A DNA stretch of 64,000 nucleotides from Camelus dromedarius. Lineage: Eukaryota. The translations under genes were made by a program, and so were the position numbers. The DNA is taken from contig NC_087436.1 of the NCBI RefSeq assembly GCF_036321535.1, positions 59,894,001 to 59,958,000 of the forward strand, given 5' to 3'. The notes beneath the pieces are model-generated. The model saw only the letters and a program-made list of their open reading frames with translations. It made no database searches and had not been told where the DNA came from. This document shows, piece after piece, positions 24,711 to 39,149 of the stretch (position 1 is its first letter; every line of letters begins with the position of its first letter).

Positions 24711-27700
24711 TATGAGAAATGAAAAATTAGGCTTCTTAAAAAGTTCTCTTTATGACCATTATGAGATGCTCTCTAGCCTGTAATACAAATTGCACCCCAC
24801 AGTGACTTCCCTTGTCTTTTCCCTATTTCCAGAGACATGGGGATATACACTAAATGCTAACATGAACCTTGTTCTTTAGTTCATTAAAGCTCAATTTTAG
24901 CTAAAATACAAATTACGAGTTTTCTAGGAAATGACCTGATTTATCCAAGGATGTATTTAACAAAGAACAACTTAACAAACATAGATTTCTAATAAAACAC
25001 CAAGGAGGCATATTTTACCACTGTTAGATAAATCAAATGGCATACAGTGGACCTTTCAAAAATAATTTTCCTCTGAATTAAAGTCAATTTGCAGAGCCAC
25101 ATAAAATTTAGAATCAAATTGTCTTATGTCTAGCAAGTCATCTTTAATGTGAAATCATTTTCTAAATTAAGATCAGTGAAAGCATATCTGATAATATTCA
25201 GCAGACATATCTGGGAGAAAGAACTGGAATATTTTCCTTTGAATGTCCTTATTTTCTGAATGCTTTCTCTAATCCACAATTCTAAAGTTCTAAATTTTTT
25301 TGAACACGTTAAGACATAAAGTATGTTTCCATTTTTTCCTATTTTTCACGAATGATATGTGCTTGACTTTACTTCGTACATAAGACAGTGCAGGTAGGAG
25401 AAATTAGACCACGAGACCAAAAATAAAATGTCAATACAAAAATAAAAGTGAAGAGGTATGAGCATGTTCATGCAACACCTTTCTCTCTGGCAATGGCAAA
25501 TAACAATGCAGTTTTCCTGGACACAAATTGTGAAGAAAACGGCATTTTATTCTGAAATACAGAATTAAATAACCATAATAGGAACACTTTCAAAATAAAG
25601 CAATCAAATAAACTTTAAAAATATACAACTGCCTTGCATGTTGTGTAATAAAATGGTATCACACTGTAGACCTCTACTGGCATTGCTTAACAATAGGAAT
25701 AGTCAAAATGTCACCGAATAAGCCATAAATACCATGAAATTAATTTCTCCAAAACTTATCTCATATGAATTTATCTCCAAACGTATGCTTTATCTTTCTG
25801 ACCTTTCAAGTTTGAAATGTAGATCAAACGTTTTGATAATTCTTCCTGAAAATCCATTAAAGCTCATGCTCAATTAAATTCTGACAGCCTTAAGTAGGCA
25901 ATATACACATATGAAACACTGGGTTTATAAATTAGGCTTTAGAAAGACTTGAAAATCAAATCCAGTGTGCTACAGCCAATAAAAAGTAAAACATAGCCTA
26001 AAAAAATGAATTAAAAACAAGATAAACCTGAACAAGAATGACTATAAATTGACATAACATAGTATATTTTTAAATACAACCTCTAAGTCTTCTCAGGAAT
26101 TTCAGTTTCCTCAAGTGGAGGACTTTTGTAGCTAGGGGACACAAAGCTCTCAAAGAAAATAAAATTTTGAAAAACACTGTTTTCACCAAAAAAAAAAAAA
26201 TCTTTTATAGGAAGTATGAATATATGTATACTATGCTTTATACATACAACAGTAGAATACTAAGGCACATCGAGAAAAGAAACAATTGATCCAGTCACTA
26301 TTCAGGGCAGAAAAATCCCCTGATCACTGAGTTACACATTTCTTAGCTATAACTAAGAAAAACGAATTAAATAACAAATTATAATAATCAGTTAATAAAT
26401 GTCTCCACCACCTTATCCCTGCTCTGGTTACTGCATTTTATGTAAGAATTAAGGAGGCATTGTGTTACGTTGAATTTGGCGTCCTACTGGAGTCAGAGCA
26501 AAGCCACAGACTGTGCGTGAACTTACTCTGCCCTAACAGGCCCATTTATACTGGTAACCATAAGGAAGAACAAGAAGTTAGAAGCAAAGAATCAAGTAAA
26601 CCAGAGAGGAAATAACATCTTTCTGTGAGCTTCACTTTCTTGGGTCTGAATCTTATGGAGTCATACTAGTTTAGCCAATGCCTCTGAGCACCAAGGCTTT
26701 CCCATGAAAGGCAGCCCTTGAAACTCGAATCTGATGCCATTGGGGGCAAACTGTATCTTATAGGAAAACATGTATTTGCATGTTGTACTCTGTATTTATT
26801 TACCTATTATTCTCCCATCTAGGTTTTGCTGCAGGATTTTGTTATAGCCTTTTATGCATAATGTGTATTTTGAATTTCCCTGGAGGAAAAAACTGTTCAC
26901 AGCGCTTTCCAAATGTATTTGACAGTGAACTTATATTTTAAGGGAGTCATGTTTTAGTGAAACTAGTTTGGAAAAGCTGTCATTATGTTTAGAAAAATAC
27001 TTTTAAATGTTTCAACCTTTACTACAGCATATCAAGGAAAGGTATTCATGCTTGAGACAAATATATAAAAAGGTGCATCAGATGATTTACCCTTTTGGAT
27101 CAATGGGAGTACTTAAAGGGAAAATGAAGTTTGTGGACCAAAAGTCATTGGTAACGATGTAAGTGTATTAATAGGAATGAGGGGTAGGGTTTGATAGGCA
27201 TGGGCATCTGAAGGCAAGGAGGAGTACCTGTCTTCTCCTGGGTACATGTGTCACTGTCAAAAATAGAATAGCATGTTCAGGAGCACATGAAAATCACTCC
27301 TTAAATTCTAAATCATGGGTAGGTTTTGTCAATTCTATATTCATTGAGAATCACATTGTTTTAGGGGAAAAGTAGAAACAAACCCCAATAATGCCATCTC
27401 ATGAAGAGACCCATTGTTATCACCTCCAGGTAATCTGTGATTTCTCTTTCCTTTGAAAGCCTCCCAAAGATTGCTCAAGCTCTATCTCTTTGTTTATGGA
27501 ATGTAAGAAGCCCTCCCAATGTAGAAAGATTTTTTCTATTACCAATCATAGAGGTTAAAGAAGTAGGTTGATCATTTTCTGCAGATCTAATAAATACAAT
27601 ATTGAAAGAAGGGCTATAGTTCACCTGAAGGGAATTCCAGGAATGGAAATCTGAAAAGAAAAATTTTATCAAATGCAAAGTAATGCCAACTGTTGGCAGA

Positions 27701-27837
27701 CTATTCTCCATGAATCTACAAATCTAGGCATTCATAGCAAATTTACTCCAGGACTAGTTTGTATAACACACAACTCTGGAGAGATGGAAAGATACCTTTC
27801 TTCTCATCCTGAGTGAGACTTGCTTACTTTCTAGGGT

Positions 27838-28462
27838 ATATAGTAAAGAATTTAACTTTGCCTAAATTTAATTTTGCCCTTGGTGTCTGTAAGGTAATCA
27901 CTAAACTCTTGGAATGTCATGCTTGATAAAAGTGTCTTTGTCTGCGTTCCTTGGATAGTCTAATAATAGGAGTTTGGGTAGGAGCCGGCCACACCAGATG
28001 TGATTTGGGACTGGAACACTAGGTCAGAGAGTATTAACTTGCCCTCTGGAGCGGCTGGGAGCAGACTGGCCATGTGTGTGAACAATCATGCTTAAGTAAC
28101 AGAGCCTCAATAAAAACTCTGGACACCAAAGCTTAGGTGTGATTCTCTGGCTTGGCAACTCTCTGTCCATACTGTCATACAGAGTTGCTGGGAAGACAGT
28201 TCTGTCCATAAGTCCACTGAGAGAGGACAATGAAAAGCTCCACTCAGAACTTTCCTGAACCCTGTCACATGCATCTTCCCTTGGCTGGTATTAATCTGTA
28301 TTCCTTCATTGTAATAAACCATGACCTTGAGTATAATAGCTTTCAGTGGGTTCTTGAGTCCATGCAGTGGATTATCAGAACTGAAGCTAGTTCTGTGATG
28401 GTGGGAAGGTAATTGATGTCAGAATTAAGGATGGTCTTGTGATTATTCCCTAACTTGGCACA
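27838..28462 (+). mobile_element. MER21C-like LTR
   Basis: tagtaaagaatttaactttgcc...cttggaatgtcatgcttgataaaagtgtctttg...aataaaaactctggacaccaaagc...gtaataaaccatgaccttgagtataatagctttcagtgggttct. Confidence 0.7.
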
Positions 28463-28469
28463 GGTTGAT

Positions 28470-28798
28470 AAAGACAGTGTTTTCTCCAGGAAAGAGTATG
28501 GACCAGTTTGCTATAAACTTCTTTTATAGAAAAAAATCACTAAACCCAGGGTTCTGCTTTGGAAATACACCCTCACCACATGTACAGATGTCACCTGGCC
28601 CTCATCATGTCGGCCTGTGGGAACTGGGCACAGGGAACAACATTGCAGTGATACTCTGGATGCTGTTTTGCTATAAGTAATAAATTCTTTTGTCTCTAAA
28701 CCAGATGCCTCAATTTTTTGCCAATATCTATTAAACTATGACAAGCTAACTCATTAGTTTGGTTCAGGGTGAAATATCAGACCCTTTCACAATTTTCA
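28470..28798 (+). mobile_element. MER68-like LTR 3' part
   Basis: aataaattcttttgtctct...gctaactcattag...agggtgaaatatcagaccctttcaca. Confidence 0.5.
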
Positions 28799-30119
28799 GC
28801 TTAGTGGTTTAACACTAATCCTAACAATATGTAACCAATTATTCATCACTCACCTTCAGAAAGATTTATTAACTGAAAAAATCCATTCTAAGAGTGAGCT
28901 AGTGGCCAGTTTGGAAATGATTTCAGTTACATGAGATACTATCTTTAAAATGCAGTGAAGGGTCCTGCAGGTTGAGTTAAAGAAGCATATATCAGACATT
29001 CTTGTGAGACAGAGAAACATTTCACTCCACGCCTGATAAGCAATTTCATTTTGTGCTGTGAAGGTCTGTAGCACTGTTCCTACTGACTCTGTCATGGGGT
29101 GACTGGTAACTTAAGGTGATAGCACCTATTTACTGTGTGACATCCTGTGCACTCTCTTCAGACTTAATTAAAAAACAAAAAAACAACTGCCCATAAGATT
29201 TTTAAATGCTTATCTGCATTGGCTGCTAAATTTTCCCCATCTAATTTCCATCTAGAAACATTTATGACTACAGTCTAGCACAGTATGACTGCTTTACAAA
29301 TTCAGGCTCTAGTGCTCATTTACATATTTAGTGTCTTCTGAAACAGGAAAGACATTCTCAAATGGCACCTAGCAGTGATGAGAGGAGACTTAGATACACA
29401 TGGTTAAGATTTTCATAGTAACCTGGTGTGTTTTAGGTTGGTATCTGATCTTTCAGCTCCACGAAAGGTCTATTTATAGACATTGTAATTTCTATTCAAC
29501 AACCACTGAGGGAATGTAAATAAATGACTCAATAATATGAAACGTGGGCAACTGTATTTGAATTCCTAGTATGAAATCTATTCAGTCTGTAATTCTTTAT
29601 GATGACAGACAGGTACTACCAGCAAATGTCAATTAGGTAAACAAAAAGGCCCAATGCCAATGTTTCCATAAATCAAAATTTTAAAAGTAAGAATTCTGAA
29701 GTAAATGTCAGTATGTATAATGTAAAAGTATAATTTTTAAAAATAGTAGACAATTTTAATAAATTCCTTTTTCTCCTCTTCAGACCAACCCAATGTCAAA
29801 CACGAAGTTTTTTGTTTTTTTTTAAAGCTATTTTCAGGGATTTGTTTACATGTGCTAGGAAAATACACTACTCCAAATATGACAACACAGGCTCACCTGC
29901 CTCACAACACTGTTTTAAGAAAAACTCCCTTAAGACTCCTGTGATGTTGAAAACTGGCCTTTTGAAAAATATTAACAACATTTATACATTTTTCAGTAAA
30001 TATTTTAATAATCTTTATAGTTATGCAAGTAACCACTGGCCTACTAAAATATGAAATCTTCCCCCTTTTCTATCTAGCATATACATTTGCAATTCAGTCC
30101 TGATTTGATTTATAGAGTT

Positions 30120-30420
30120 CCTTACCACAGTTTGGCACAACTGAGAACCCTAAGTGACTGAGTCTTATTTGCATCAAAACAGCTTTATTATGGTGCACGC
30201 AGCTTAGCTTGATAGCTTTTTTATTACAATTGTTGCAATTGTTATCCCATAGCAACGACAGGAAAAAAATAACATCTCTGAGCCTGATCAGAATAAGTGC
30301 ACTTCTCACTTTGCTCCTGCTGAGTGAAAGCTCCGTTCTCATCTAAACTACAGAGTGTACCAGTGAACCTAATGCAATCTGACAGTCCATCTTAGACAGT
30401 GTCACTAGGTAACAAAGAGA
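30120..30420. promoter_or_regulatory. candidate enhancer with POU/SOX/RFX motif cluster
   Basis: ATTTGCAT 30167-30174, ACAATTGTTGCAATTGTT 30226-30243, GTTATCCCATAGCAAC 30241-30256, GTCACTAGGTAAC 30401-30413, in apparently non-repetitive DNA. Confidence 0.4.
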
Positions 30421-30964
30421 AATCTGAAGCTATATAACCCTTGGTCACTTTGATGACTATTTCTTTTTTTTCCAATTTGAACAGATAACTTGAACTCCCA
30501 TCAAAAGGCTTTCTGAAATTTTGTGCTTTTGAATCTTAGGTGTCTCTCTGGATAGTTCTTTCAGGATTAATCAATGTTTTAAGCAAATAGTTGCAAAATA
30601 TAGTGAGATACCGAGTTGTAGGAGAATATCACTAAGGGAGCACTGTCTCCTTATTATTTATAGATTTTGCAACCTCACAAAATTATACAAAGAAAAAAAT
30701 GAACTAAAAGAATATCTGCTTTCCAAATTTCCTTCAAATAAATGGTATCAGATGAAAAACTTAAATAACAAGTTTCAGAATATGCATATTAGATAAATAA
30801 TATTATTGTTGAATATATAATAGCCCATTTCCAGGGAAAGGAATTGCGGTATGAGGGTAACATAAAACCATCTATTTGTATCTAACAATGTAAAAAGCAG
30901 GACTAGTTTGGAAAAAAAAACTGTATTTGTATAAAATCATAGCATTTTAAACCAAATTTATATA

Positions 30965-31120
30965 ATCCTTTTGAATTAGGTACTACTTACTGTCACCATT
31001 TTACAGATTAATAAATTCACATTCATAGTGTTAAGTAACTTGCTGCAGATGAGACAGTTTACAGGGTTTGAGATAGGATTTGGAATCAAGCAATCGGAAT
31101 CTTCAGCTCATGCTCTTGAT
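30965..31120 (-). mobile_element. MIR
   Basis: ccattttacagat...gttaagtaacttgctgcag...ggatttggaatcaag. Confidence 0.6.
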
Positions 31121-31599
31121 GGTTTCCCAGTGTCCCATGAGAAAGGCAGAGAAACTAAGAATAAGAAAACTGACTTAACCAAAGTTAGACTATTAATATG
31201 CAGTGGAGAGAGGGCTCTCCTCACTGTTTCCTCTCACTTTCATTCTCAGATTTTCTTTAATTTCTTCATTTTACACACAATGCTCTTGGATTTCCTGCTT
31301 TGACACTCAACAATTTTAAAGTCCTTTTCTTCAAATTAACTTCTTTTCACCCTCTCCATCTGCCTCCTCACTTCCCTAACCACAGTTTCACACCAGCATG
31401 AAAGAAGTGAATGGCCGATATCTATGCCTCTCCCATGGTTACAGTGGCAAAGAGATTTTTCTAACCCAATGACTCATAAACGGTAGAATTTCAGGTAGTG
31501 GGCCTAGTGAAAAATTGAAGTAAAGAGTTTCAGAAAGTTGGGGAAAGAGTATTTCATTTTTAATCTCTATCATGGACGATCATATTTTAATCATGAAAC

Positions 31600-31790
31600 A
31601 ACAAACGTTTATTGATTACTACCTAAAATGTCAGCCACTGGGTTATGCATGTACTATGTCAAGTAACTCTTACAGTAATCCCAATTATTGTTGTTTCTAT
31701 TTCATATTATGGAAACTAAGACTTGTGATAGTTACACAGTTTGCCTAAAGTTTAGAGTAGGTGCTGGGACCCAGGTCTGTCTGAAACCCC
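31600..31790 (-). mobile_element. MIR
   Basis: tttattgattactacc...atggaaactaagac...acccaggtctgtctga. Confidence 0.55.
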
Positions 31791-33394
31791 ATAAGCTCTG
31801 AAAGCTTCTAAATGCTGCTATCTGTCCTGTAACCTCATCTATACATACATCTTAATGTAGTGATAAATAAAAATATACCACTTAAAATATTTTTGGCATG
31901 GAATAAAGAGGGTTATAACTGAACAGTAATATTGGAATGAGAAAATACTGATGTTATTATAATTCTATTGTCACATTGCATTCTTGTTTATTCATCACTT
32001 TTCAAAGGATTTTAAGGAATATTGGAATGTTCTTGATATCCGTAGTTTTGAGGGACTGCAATATGGTAAGTGCATTCCCATGACAAGAGTGAATGAAAAC
32101 TAATAGCCTAATTAAAGCCTGCAGAAATGGCTTCCCTTGTTTTTTTCACCATGGGAATCTTCTCTCATGTCAGTAAGATTTTAACTGCATAGAAATGAAA
32201 TAATTTGCAAGCATGAGCTCTGCTGTTGTGTATTATGGCCTTTGAAATAATGCTTTGGAACAGGCATGTTGACCTTCCTTTGGAGGTAAGTTAGCGTTAA
32301 CCCCATTATCCACTCAGTATGAGCAACAACAGAGACCTTTCCTCTCAGAAGTTAAAAGAAAAAAAAAAAAGCCTTTATAAAAATAGGTAAATATAAAAAA
32401 AATAGTTGTTTCATTTAGAAAATCTTGTGAATCTGTAAAACACATTTTATACTTATCAAGAAAACGTATTTCACAATATTAATTTTCTACATTAAGTTGG
32501 ATCTTCCCAATGTTTAGCTTTGAATATTTTACTTTCAAAAAATTATCAGTAGAGCAGTACAGAGTCAACTAAATCCAAAACCTTTTCTTAGCATCCAGGT
32601 TTATTCTGAACCTCGCCAAAATCTACCTGCATAGAGTAATTCACTCTATCCTTGTACATAACCCATGGTCAATGTCTGAAATTGCCCTGCTTCCTCCCAT
32701 TTCCATGCTTCTGCTGTTCTTCCCTTTCCCTAGAATATAAGGATCTATCCATACATGACTTGGAAGTCCTATCTCTTCTTCAAAATACGGGTAAATTACC
32801 CCTTCTTACGTAAACCACACACTGACTTCTACACCCCTAACTTTGATTCCTATAACTTTGATTCTTACCTTCTCGTGGGTTTTATTTATTTGGCTGGTTA
32901 GTTGAATGATTGTTTGTTGGGGTTATTGCTCTTTGTCATTACAATTATGTTACAGCTCTCATAGTTTCCACAGAACTTTGGGACAGAAAGTAGGTCATAC
33001 TTATTTTGAATCTGTCTAAAATATAGTTCATTCTGCAAAAATTTATTTGCTCAGCTCTATGTGGAGTGAAGGAAACACATGCAGTGGAACACTGGTCCCT
33101 ACTCACTTAGAGTATTTATTCTAGTAAGGATGACAACTGAATTATAGTTTTAAAAAAATGTAAAGAGAAATTGCAACAGGAGCTAAAGATGAGCAGTGCC
33201 TGGTTCTATGAGAGCTCATGACGGGGTATATGACTATGTCAAGAAGTCACAGACATTGCCATAGGAATCTAATTTGAATCGCAATGACTTCAGTTAGCAC
33301 ATGTGTGTTGAGAGCCTACTATGTTCCAGAGAATGTTCTGGGCATTTAGGCTAAATCAGTGAGCCTCTGCCTTCCTGAGGGTTATATTCTAGGG

Positions 33395-33585
33395 AAGGGG
33401 TTCTTAAACATTTTTGTGCCCTGCACCCCCTTGTTAGTTTTGTGTGGCCCCTTTTTAGAATTAGGTTTTTTAAAATGCAAAGTAAAATACCTAGATGCAT
33501 AAAATAAAACCATTATATTGCAAAATAGCATCTAAATATTTGTAACAAATGTGTGATATTAACAGGAGGGTCTGATTTGATTTGT
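33395..33585 (+). mobile_element. MER119-like hAT-Charlie 5' part
   Basis: aggggttcttaaacatttttgtgcc...ttagaattaggttttttaaaatgcaaagtaaaatac...aaaccattatattg. Confidence 0.6.
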
Positions 33586-33687
33586 GAGCCCACTATTACA
33601 GAATCTCTGGCATCCCGAGGAGGCAGACAGTAAATAATAAACATTAAGAAATTTGAGTGAAGAGAAGTTAAGAGTCCCCCACTACAT

Positions 33688-33708
33688 ACACACACACACA
33701 CACACACA
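33688..33708. repeat. (CA)n microsatellite
   Basis: visible run. Confidence 0.9.
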
Positions 33709-35349
33709 TTAAAGTTAAAAAATTAACACACAAGACAGGATGGGTTCTCCCAAGCAACAAAAGCGTGGTGTGCAAGGGCCTTGTGGCCAGAAGGTGCAGG
33801 GCCCATTTGCGGAAACTAAAGAACACTGATGTGACTGCAGCACATATTATGAGAGTGAGAATGCTACAAAATCTGCCTCAAGTGAAAGGGAGAAGAAAGC
33901 TCACAGGGAGCCTGGCAAGAGAGGTGAAGGTTTTGATCTCCACAGAGTGAGCAATGAGAGGACACTGATGTGCCTTAAATGTATGGGGGAGGGTTGGGGA
34001 TGAGAAAGCCACAGTATGACCATATTGCATGCCGCATTTCATGCCATAAAGATCACCGTGGCTGCAGCGTGGGACCTAGGCAAGAGTGGATCTTGCTATC
34101 CAACAAGGGAAACTCTTCACGAGAAGAGGTGATGGGACTAGGATGGTGAAAATGAAGATGAGAAAGGATTTTGGGATGGAAGAAAGAATTTGACATTTTG
34201 AATACCTTTATGTATCCAACATGTGTATGTTTTATTAAGATCATACATTCCAAGGATGATTCACACTGAACCAAAATTAAATAATGGCACTGGATAAACT
34301 AATTGAAACACTACTTCAGCACCTAAATATAATCGAATATTTCTGAGGTTTTGATTCAAATAAAATCTCAAATCTATTTCAATTCTTTTAGCCATTCATC
34401 AGTCCCTGCAAAAAATCACAGTATTTTTCTTCTAATTACTTAATCTCACATTCCTATAAATATTATGTGAGATATAACTTACTCTTTAACTTATTCTTCA
34501 ACTTTTCCTTTTATAATAATTAACTTGTGAATCTTTCAAGTGTTTATAAAATTTCGGAGAATTAAAATTTCATCTAGTTAAACTATCTGTGTAGTCAGCA
34601 ATGCATATTAAATCAAAGTTTGCATTACTTAGCAGGTTTGGCTTCCTAATTATTTAAATTATTTAATTGTAAAGAATTTCTAAAAAACCTACCAAGTATC
34701 ACTATCCAAATAGCATGACCAAAGTTTATGCTTTTCTGAAACTGTTTAGATATACAATATTAAGTTTTTAAAAGTTATTACTGATTATGCAGTGTTGTCA
34801 GTTCTTTCCTAGGTTTTGTCATTGATAGAAATATCCATACAACTAAAAACATATTTAGCAACTATGTGTAAAGAAAATTTTTTTCATTTGATCAACATCT
34901 ACAAAAATATTATAAGACAAAGTCATTGACATCATGCAAAAATTAAAGTTAAAAAATTAAAAATATTTTATATCTGAATGACTCATTCCACAAGGTCCTC
35001 ACACTATAATTATTATGATATTATTTCATTATTTCTGAAGAAAAATGAGCTATTCTACCAAAATACTCCAGAGATTTTATAAGATAGATATTGCAAATAT
35101 TTCAATTAGAGAACAAGTGAATAATCCATCAGTGAATGAATTTTTGTCTCATGAGCAGGCTAAAACATGATTTAAAATGAGCCAATGACCAGGCTGTTAC
35201 AAAATACAGTATATCATGTCGCAAAACAATACATAATGCCCTCAAGCTAAAGTTTATGAAGGAAACAAATCTGAGCAAAGGCAAATCAAAGCCACCAAGC
35301 AGTAAAACAATGTAACTCTATTTATACAAGACTTTGAAAACTTTTTAGA

Positions 35350-36715
35350 AGACTTCCATGGTAGCTGAGGACTACGGTGACAATACAGGCACTTATCCCC
35401 CATGGTATCTCCCGCAAATAAGGAAAAATGAAAAAAAATTCAATTCTACATAAAAAAGAATCAGAAGAGAAATTAAATTCTGCATAAATTCTTTCAGCAT
35501 AACTTGGAGATAGAGAATGGCAAAACTGCAAGAGCATCCCTCATGCTGCAGCTGCATTCCTACTCATAAGCAAGCAAATGTAGGCTGAGAAAAAGTGGGG
35601 AAGACAAACAGTGATTTGCAGCAATCACTTGAGAGATAAAATCCACCCTATGTATGAAAATAATGGGAAAACGTCTGTGCAGATCAGAGCAGGGACTACG
35701 GGGAAGGGATACCAAAGCACAATTTAAAAGGTCAGATGTCTTTTAAAGGAACAGGTACAATTTAAAAGACATGATTAAAGAGATAGAAACAATTTAAAGG
35801 GGAGCTCTTTGAAAAGCGTAATTTATGGGAAAGAAAAAAGGCAAAAAACACCTTTTGGTAATTCAATAATGAAGGAAAGAGAAACAGAGAAAACTGGGGT
35901 CCTGCAAGACAAAAGTGAACCATGAAATTGGAGAATTCACAAACCTTCCTCCCACCAAAACAAAGTCCTATGAAGTATCTGGACTTCTTATACTGAGAAA
36001 AGAGGGAATTATTAAGTTATGAATATTAGATAAAACCCCCATAGGATAAAGATGAAGAAGAGGAAAGTGAAGTCCTTACAGAGCTATTGAAGAAAATTAA
36101 GAAAAAAAAATTCGCACATATCAACTGAAGATAATTCCTTTACACAAAGCAACTACAAAGCAGAAGAAAACTGTTAACATACAATGTAGAATTAAATATA
36201 TTCAAACAAGAATCTGATGATATAAGAAAGCACCTTAAATCAGAAATTCAAAATCTAAAAACAAAGTGGAAAAAGAAATGGATAAATGGAACAACAACAA
36301 CAAAAAAAGTTGACTGATCTCAGGAAAGAAACAGAAGAAAAAGACAAAATTATCTCAAGAATGCAGAATACATTACAAGATGCCCAGGGAACAGAAACAA
36401 TAATTAAAACTATTAACTAAGAAAACTTTCCGAGGAAGAAAAAAACCTGAATCTACACATTAGAAGGGCTCACCTGGGAAAACTGACCCAGAATAATTCC
36501 AAAAACAAAGATAAATCCTTAAAGCATCCAAAGAAAGTGGCAAATAATTTACAAAGGAAAATAATTAGAGTAACACCAGACTTTTCAAAACTATTATACA
36601 AAGCAAAACAACAAACAAGAAAACTCAACAAATATCAAGGGTAGAGAAAATCAGTTTTCAACAACAGGAACTTGGGGAATTCTGCTCTCATCAGCCCTCC
36701 TCAAACAATACACGA
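35350..36715 (+). mobile_element. HAL1/L1ME-type ORF1-region remnant
   Basis: strongly A-rich strand with aagaaaactttccgagg...ctgaatctacacattagaagggctcacc and ataaatccttaaagcatccaaaga, decayed L1 ORF1-like motifs. Confidence 0.55.
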
Positions 36716-37245
36716 CGAATGAAGTTAACACAATGTAATGAGTATAACAGCCATTTTAAGGTAGCTAGCAGTCTTCTGATTCTATAGAAAAGAAAACAGT
36801 GGTGAGAGAGATTAAATAAGAAGACTCAAGTCAAAGCAGCATCAGTAGCAGAACTGGGAATTAGTCCAGATCTTCAATTATCAGTTTAATTAAACCTATA
36901 TCTTCAATTATCGGGTCAGTATACTTTCAATTAAGTCACAGCTTTCTCCTCATTCTAGATTAATCAAGGTCAAGCTAGAGACTGGAGACACACATCGAAG
37001 TCACAACTGCCACACATACGTCCCTGGTTGCCTCCAGAGTATGATGATAATGAAGGCCAAGCCATGAAGATGGCATGAGCCATAAGTATGGTTTTCTCAT
37101 TTACATAAAATACACTTAATCCTGCCAGCTGAGTTGCAAGTAGGCACAGACATCCTAATTATCAAACCCTTACCACTATGAAGAGGGAATCTAAAGCATT
37201 TCTAAAAAAATGAAATGTTAGTAAAAAAAAAATATAAATTCATAT

Positions 37246-37292
37246 GTTATATATTATATTATATTATATTATATTATAAGCCTTATATTATA
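37246..37292. repeat. (ATATT)n simple repeat
   Basis: ttatatattatattatattatattatattata. Confidence 0.85.
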
Positions 37293-38007
37293 ATCAAGAC
37301 TTTTAAATATAGTCAAGACATCTTTATCTCTTCATCTGTGAAAATCTGATTAATGCCACCTAATAGGATTCTTTTAAAAAATAAATTTTCTCAAGTGAAA
37401 GCAAGATGTCTGAATATTAAATATGTTACTCAAAGTATTTTTCCCATTGATTGACTTTTGAAAATGTGTCCTATCTTCCTATCTTATAATGTTATCTGTG
37501 AAACTTCACATGCATAGGTGAATTTTCAGTGATATTTATAAATGTCCTCTCTTGCCTGGTACTGCTCCATACACTAATGTATAAAGAGAAAAGAGGTCCC
37601 TGTGACTTATATTCTAGCTATAAGCCAGTGTAGATGTAGGTGTGGCAGGACTACAATGCCCCCTTGGTTGAGCACTGCACAACCTTATTTAATAGGTCTC
37701 TGTCTTAATTCCTAACCAATATAGTTTTAAAAGTACTCTCATGAAAACAAAAGAGCTTTGCTACCATTAAAGTTACACAGAATGATCTCTAACACCTACT
37801 ATCAAAGCTCTACCAAAAAATTGAACAAGGTGGAAAATACTACACAGGGCTTTTAAATTGCTAAATAAAAATTTCATATAACTATTTAGTCTGTTCAAGT
37901 ATTAGCAGATTATATAAAAATCATCCTTTAATAAATCATTTAGAATTTAGTAGTTAACATTATGTATCTTTATTTTCTTCCCATACTTGATGAGTCTAAA
38001 AACACTA

Positions 38008-38170
38008 GAGAAGAACTTCCCCAAATTTAGGAAGCATAAGAATAACTTGAGGGTCCTATTTAAAAGCAGATTCCTATTCAGTAGAGCCTAAATTCTCCAT
38101 TTCTAGCCCCCAAGTGATGCAGGATCCCACTGTCCCTTGAATGACGTTTTGAGCAGGAAGGTATTAGAGA
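38008..38170. mobile_element. MER5-like hAT MITE
   Basis: gcataagaataacttgaggg...taaaagcagattcct...ccccaagtgatgc. Confidence 0.5.
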
Positions 38171-39149
38171 ACACTTAATGCAGACACTTTTAATAAGAAA
38201 AAATCTAGGCATGTGTGAAATAAATGATATTTCAGTAGGCATTAAATATAATTAAAAACACTATAGAAAATGATGGATACTTTATAAATGCTATACTTCC
38301 AAAATTGGTACTTTTTAGAGTAACATAAGATGTAGAAATGCCTAGAGAAAGGCCTGATAATACTGCTATAAATTAATCTGGCCTAAACGTAAAGAAAATT
38401 ATACACCTCAGATGAGCAGCAAGGTAGAAAGTAACATGATAACAACACCTATTATAGAACAGTTAACATTTCTTCCTTGCAGTGAAATCTGATTTGAATT
38501 CCTATTCTGAATAGCCTAAAAGTAAGAACTAACGTTAAAACAGCATTATCTCATCTATTTTTAATAGGTCTATGTGAGTGTGTGAAAGAGTTATTATTTT
38601 TATTCCTTTTAGCCTTCAAATATTGCCTTAAATTCCTACTAGAAGTAAAAATGAGGCCCTTCATTAGTGAAGTTTTCAGTATAGAGAATAAGCGAGTATG
38701 GTGAAAAAGGCTGGCACACTATCCTATCCCCCATGCCCAGCAGAGTGGCAACTGTAAAGAGTAAATGATTATTTGAACTATGTATTTCATTCAATTGTAC
38801 AATAAATTGAAAGACTCAGTACTGAAGCTGTCTGTGACCTTTAGCAACATAATTGCGTTTAGCTTTGATACAGAAAATAGAAATTCGGTTGTTCTAAAGG
38901 ATAAATGGAATATTCTTTTTTAAAGTGCCTTACATGATATCTGGAACATTCTGTTTCCTGAATCACAAACATTTAGTCAAATTCCTGGAATACAGTAGAT
39001 AATAAATGAATGTCAATCAATCAATGGATAAATTCATAAACAAAAATACCCTCAAAATCCTAGAATCCAGAATCCCAGGACACTTAACCTCTCTGATTTG
39101 AAAAATAAGTATATCAAATGATTTCTATGGAAGGATATTTGGAAAACAC

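Larger units (their letters stand above)
33025..34275 (-). mobile_element. L2 fragments, interrupted by a MER119-like element and (CA)n
   Basis: gttgagagcctactatgttccagagaatgttctggg...aaggttttgatctcc...aagatcaccgtggctgcagcgtgg. Confidence 0.6.
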
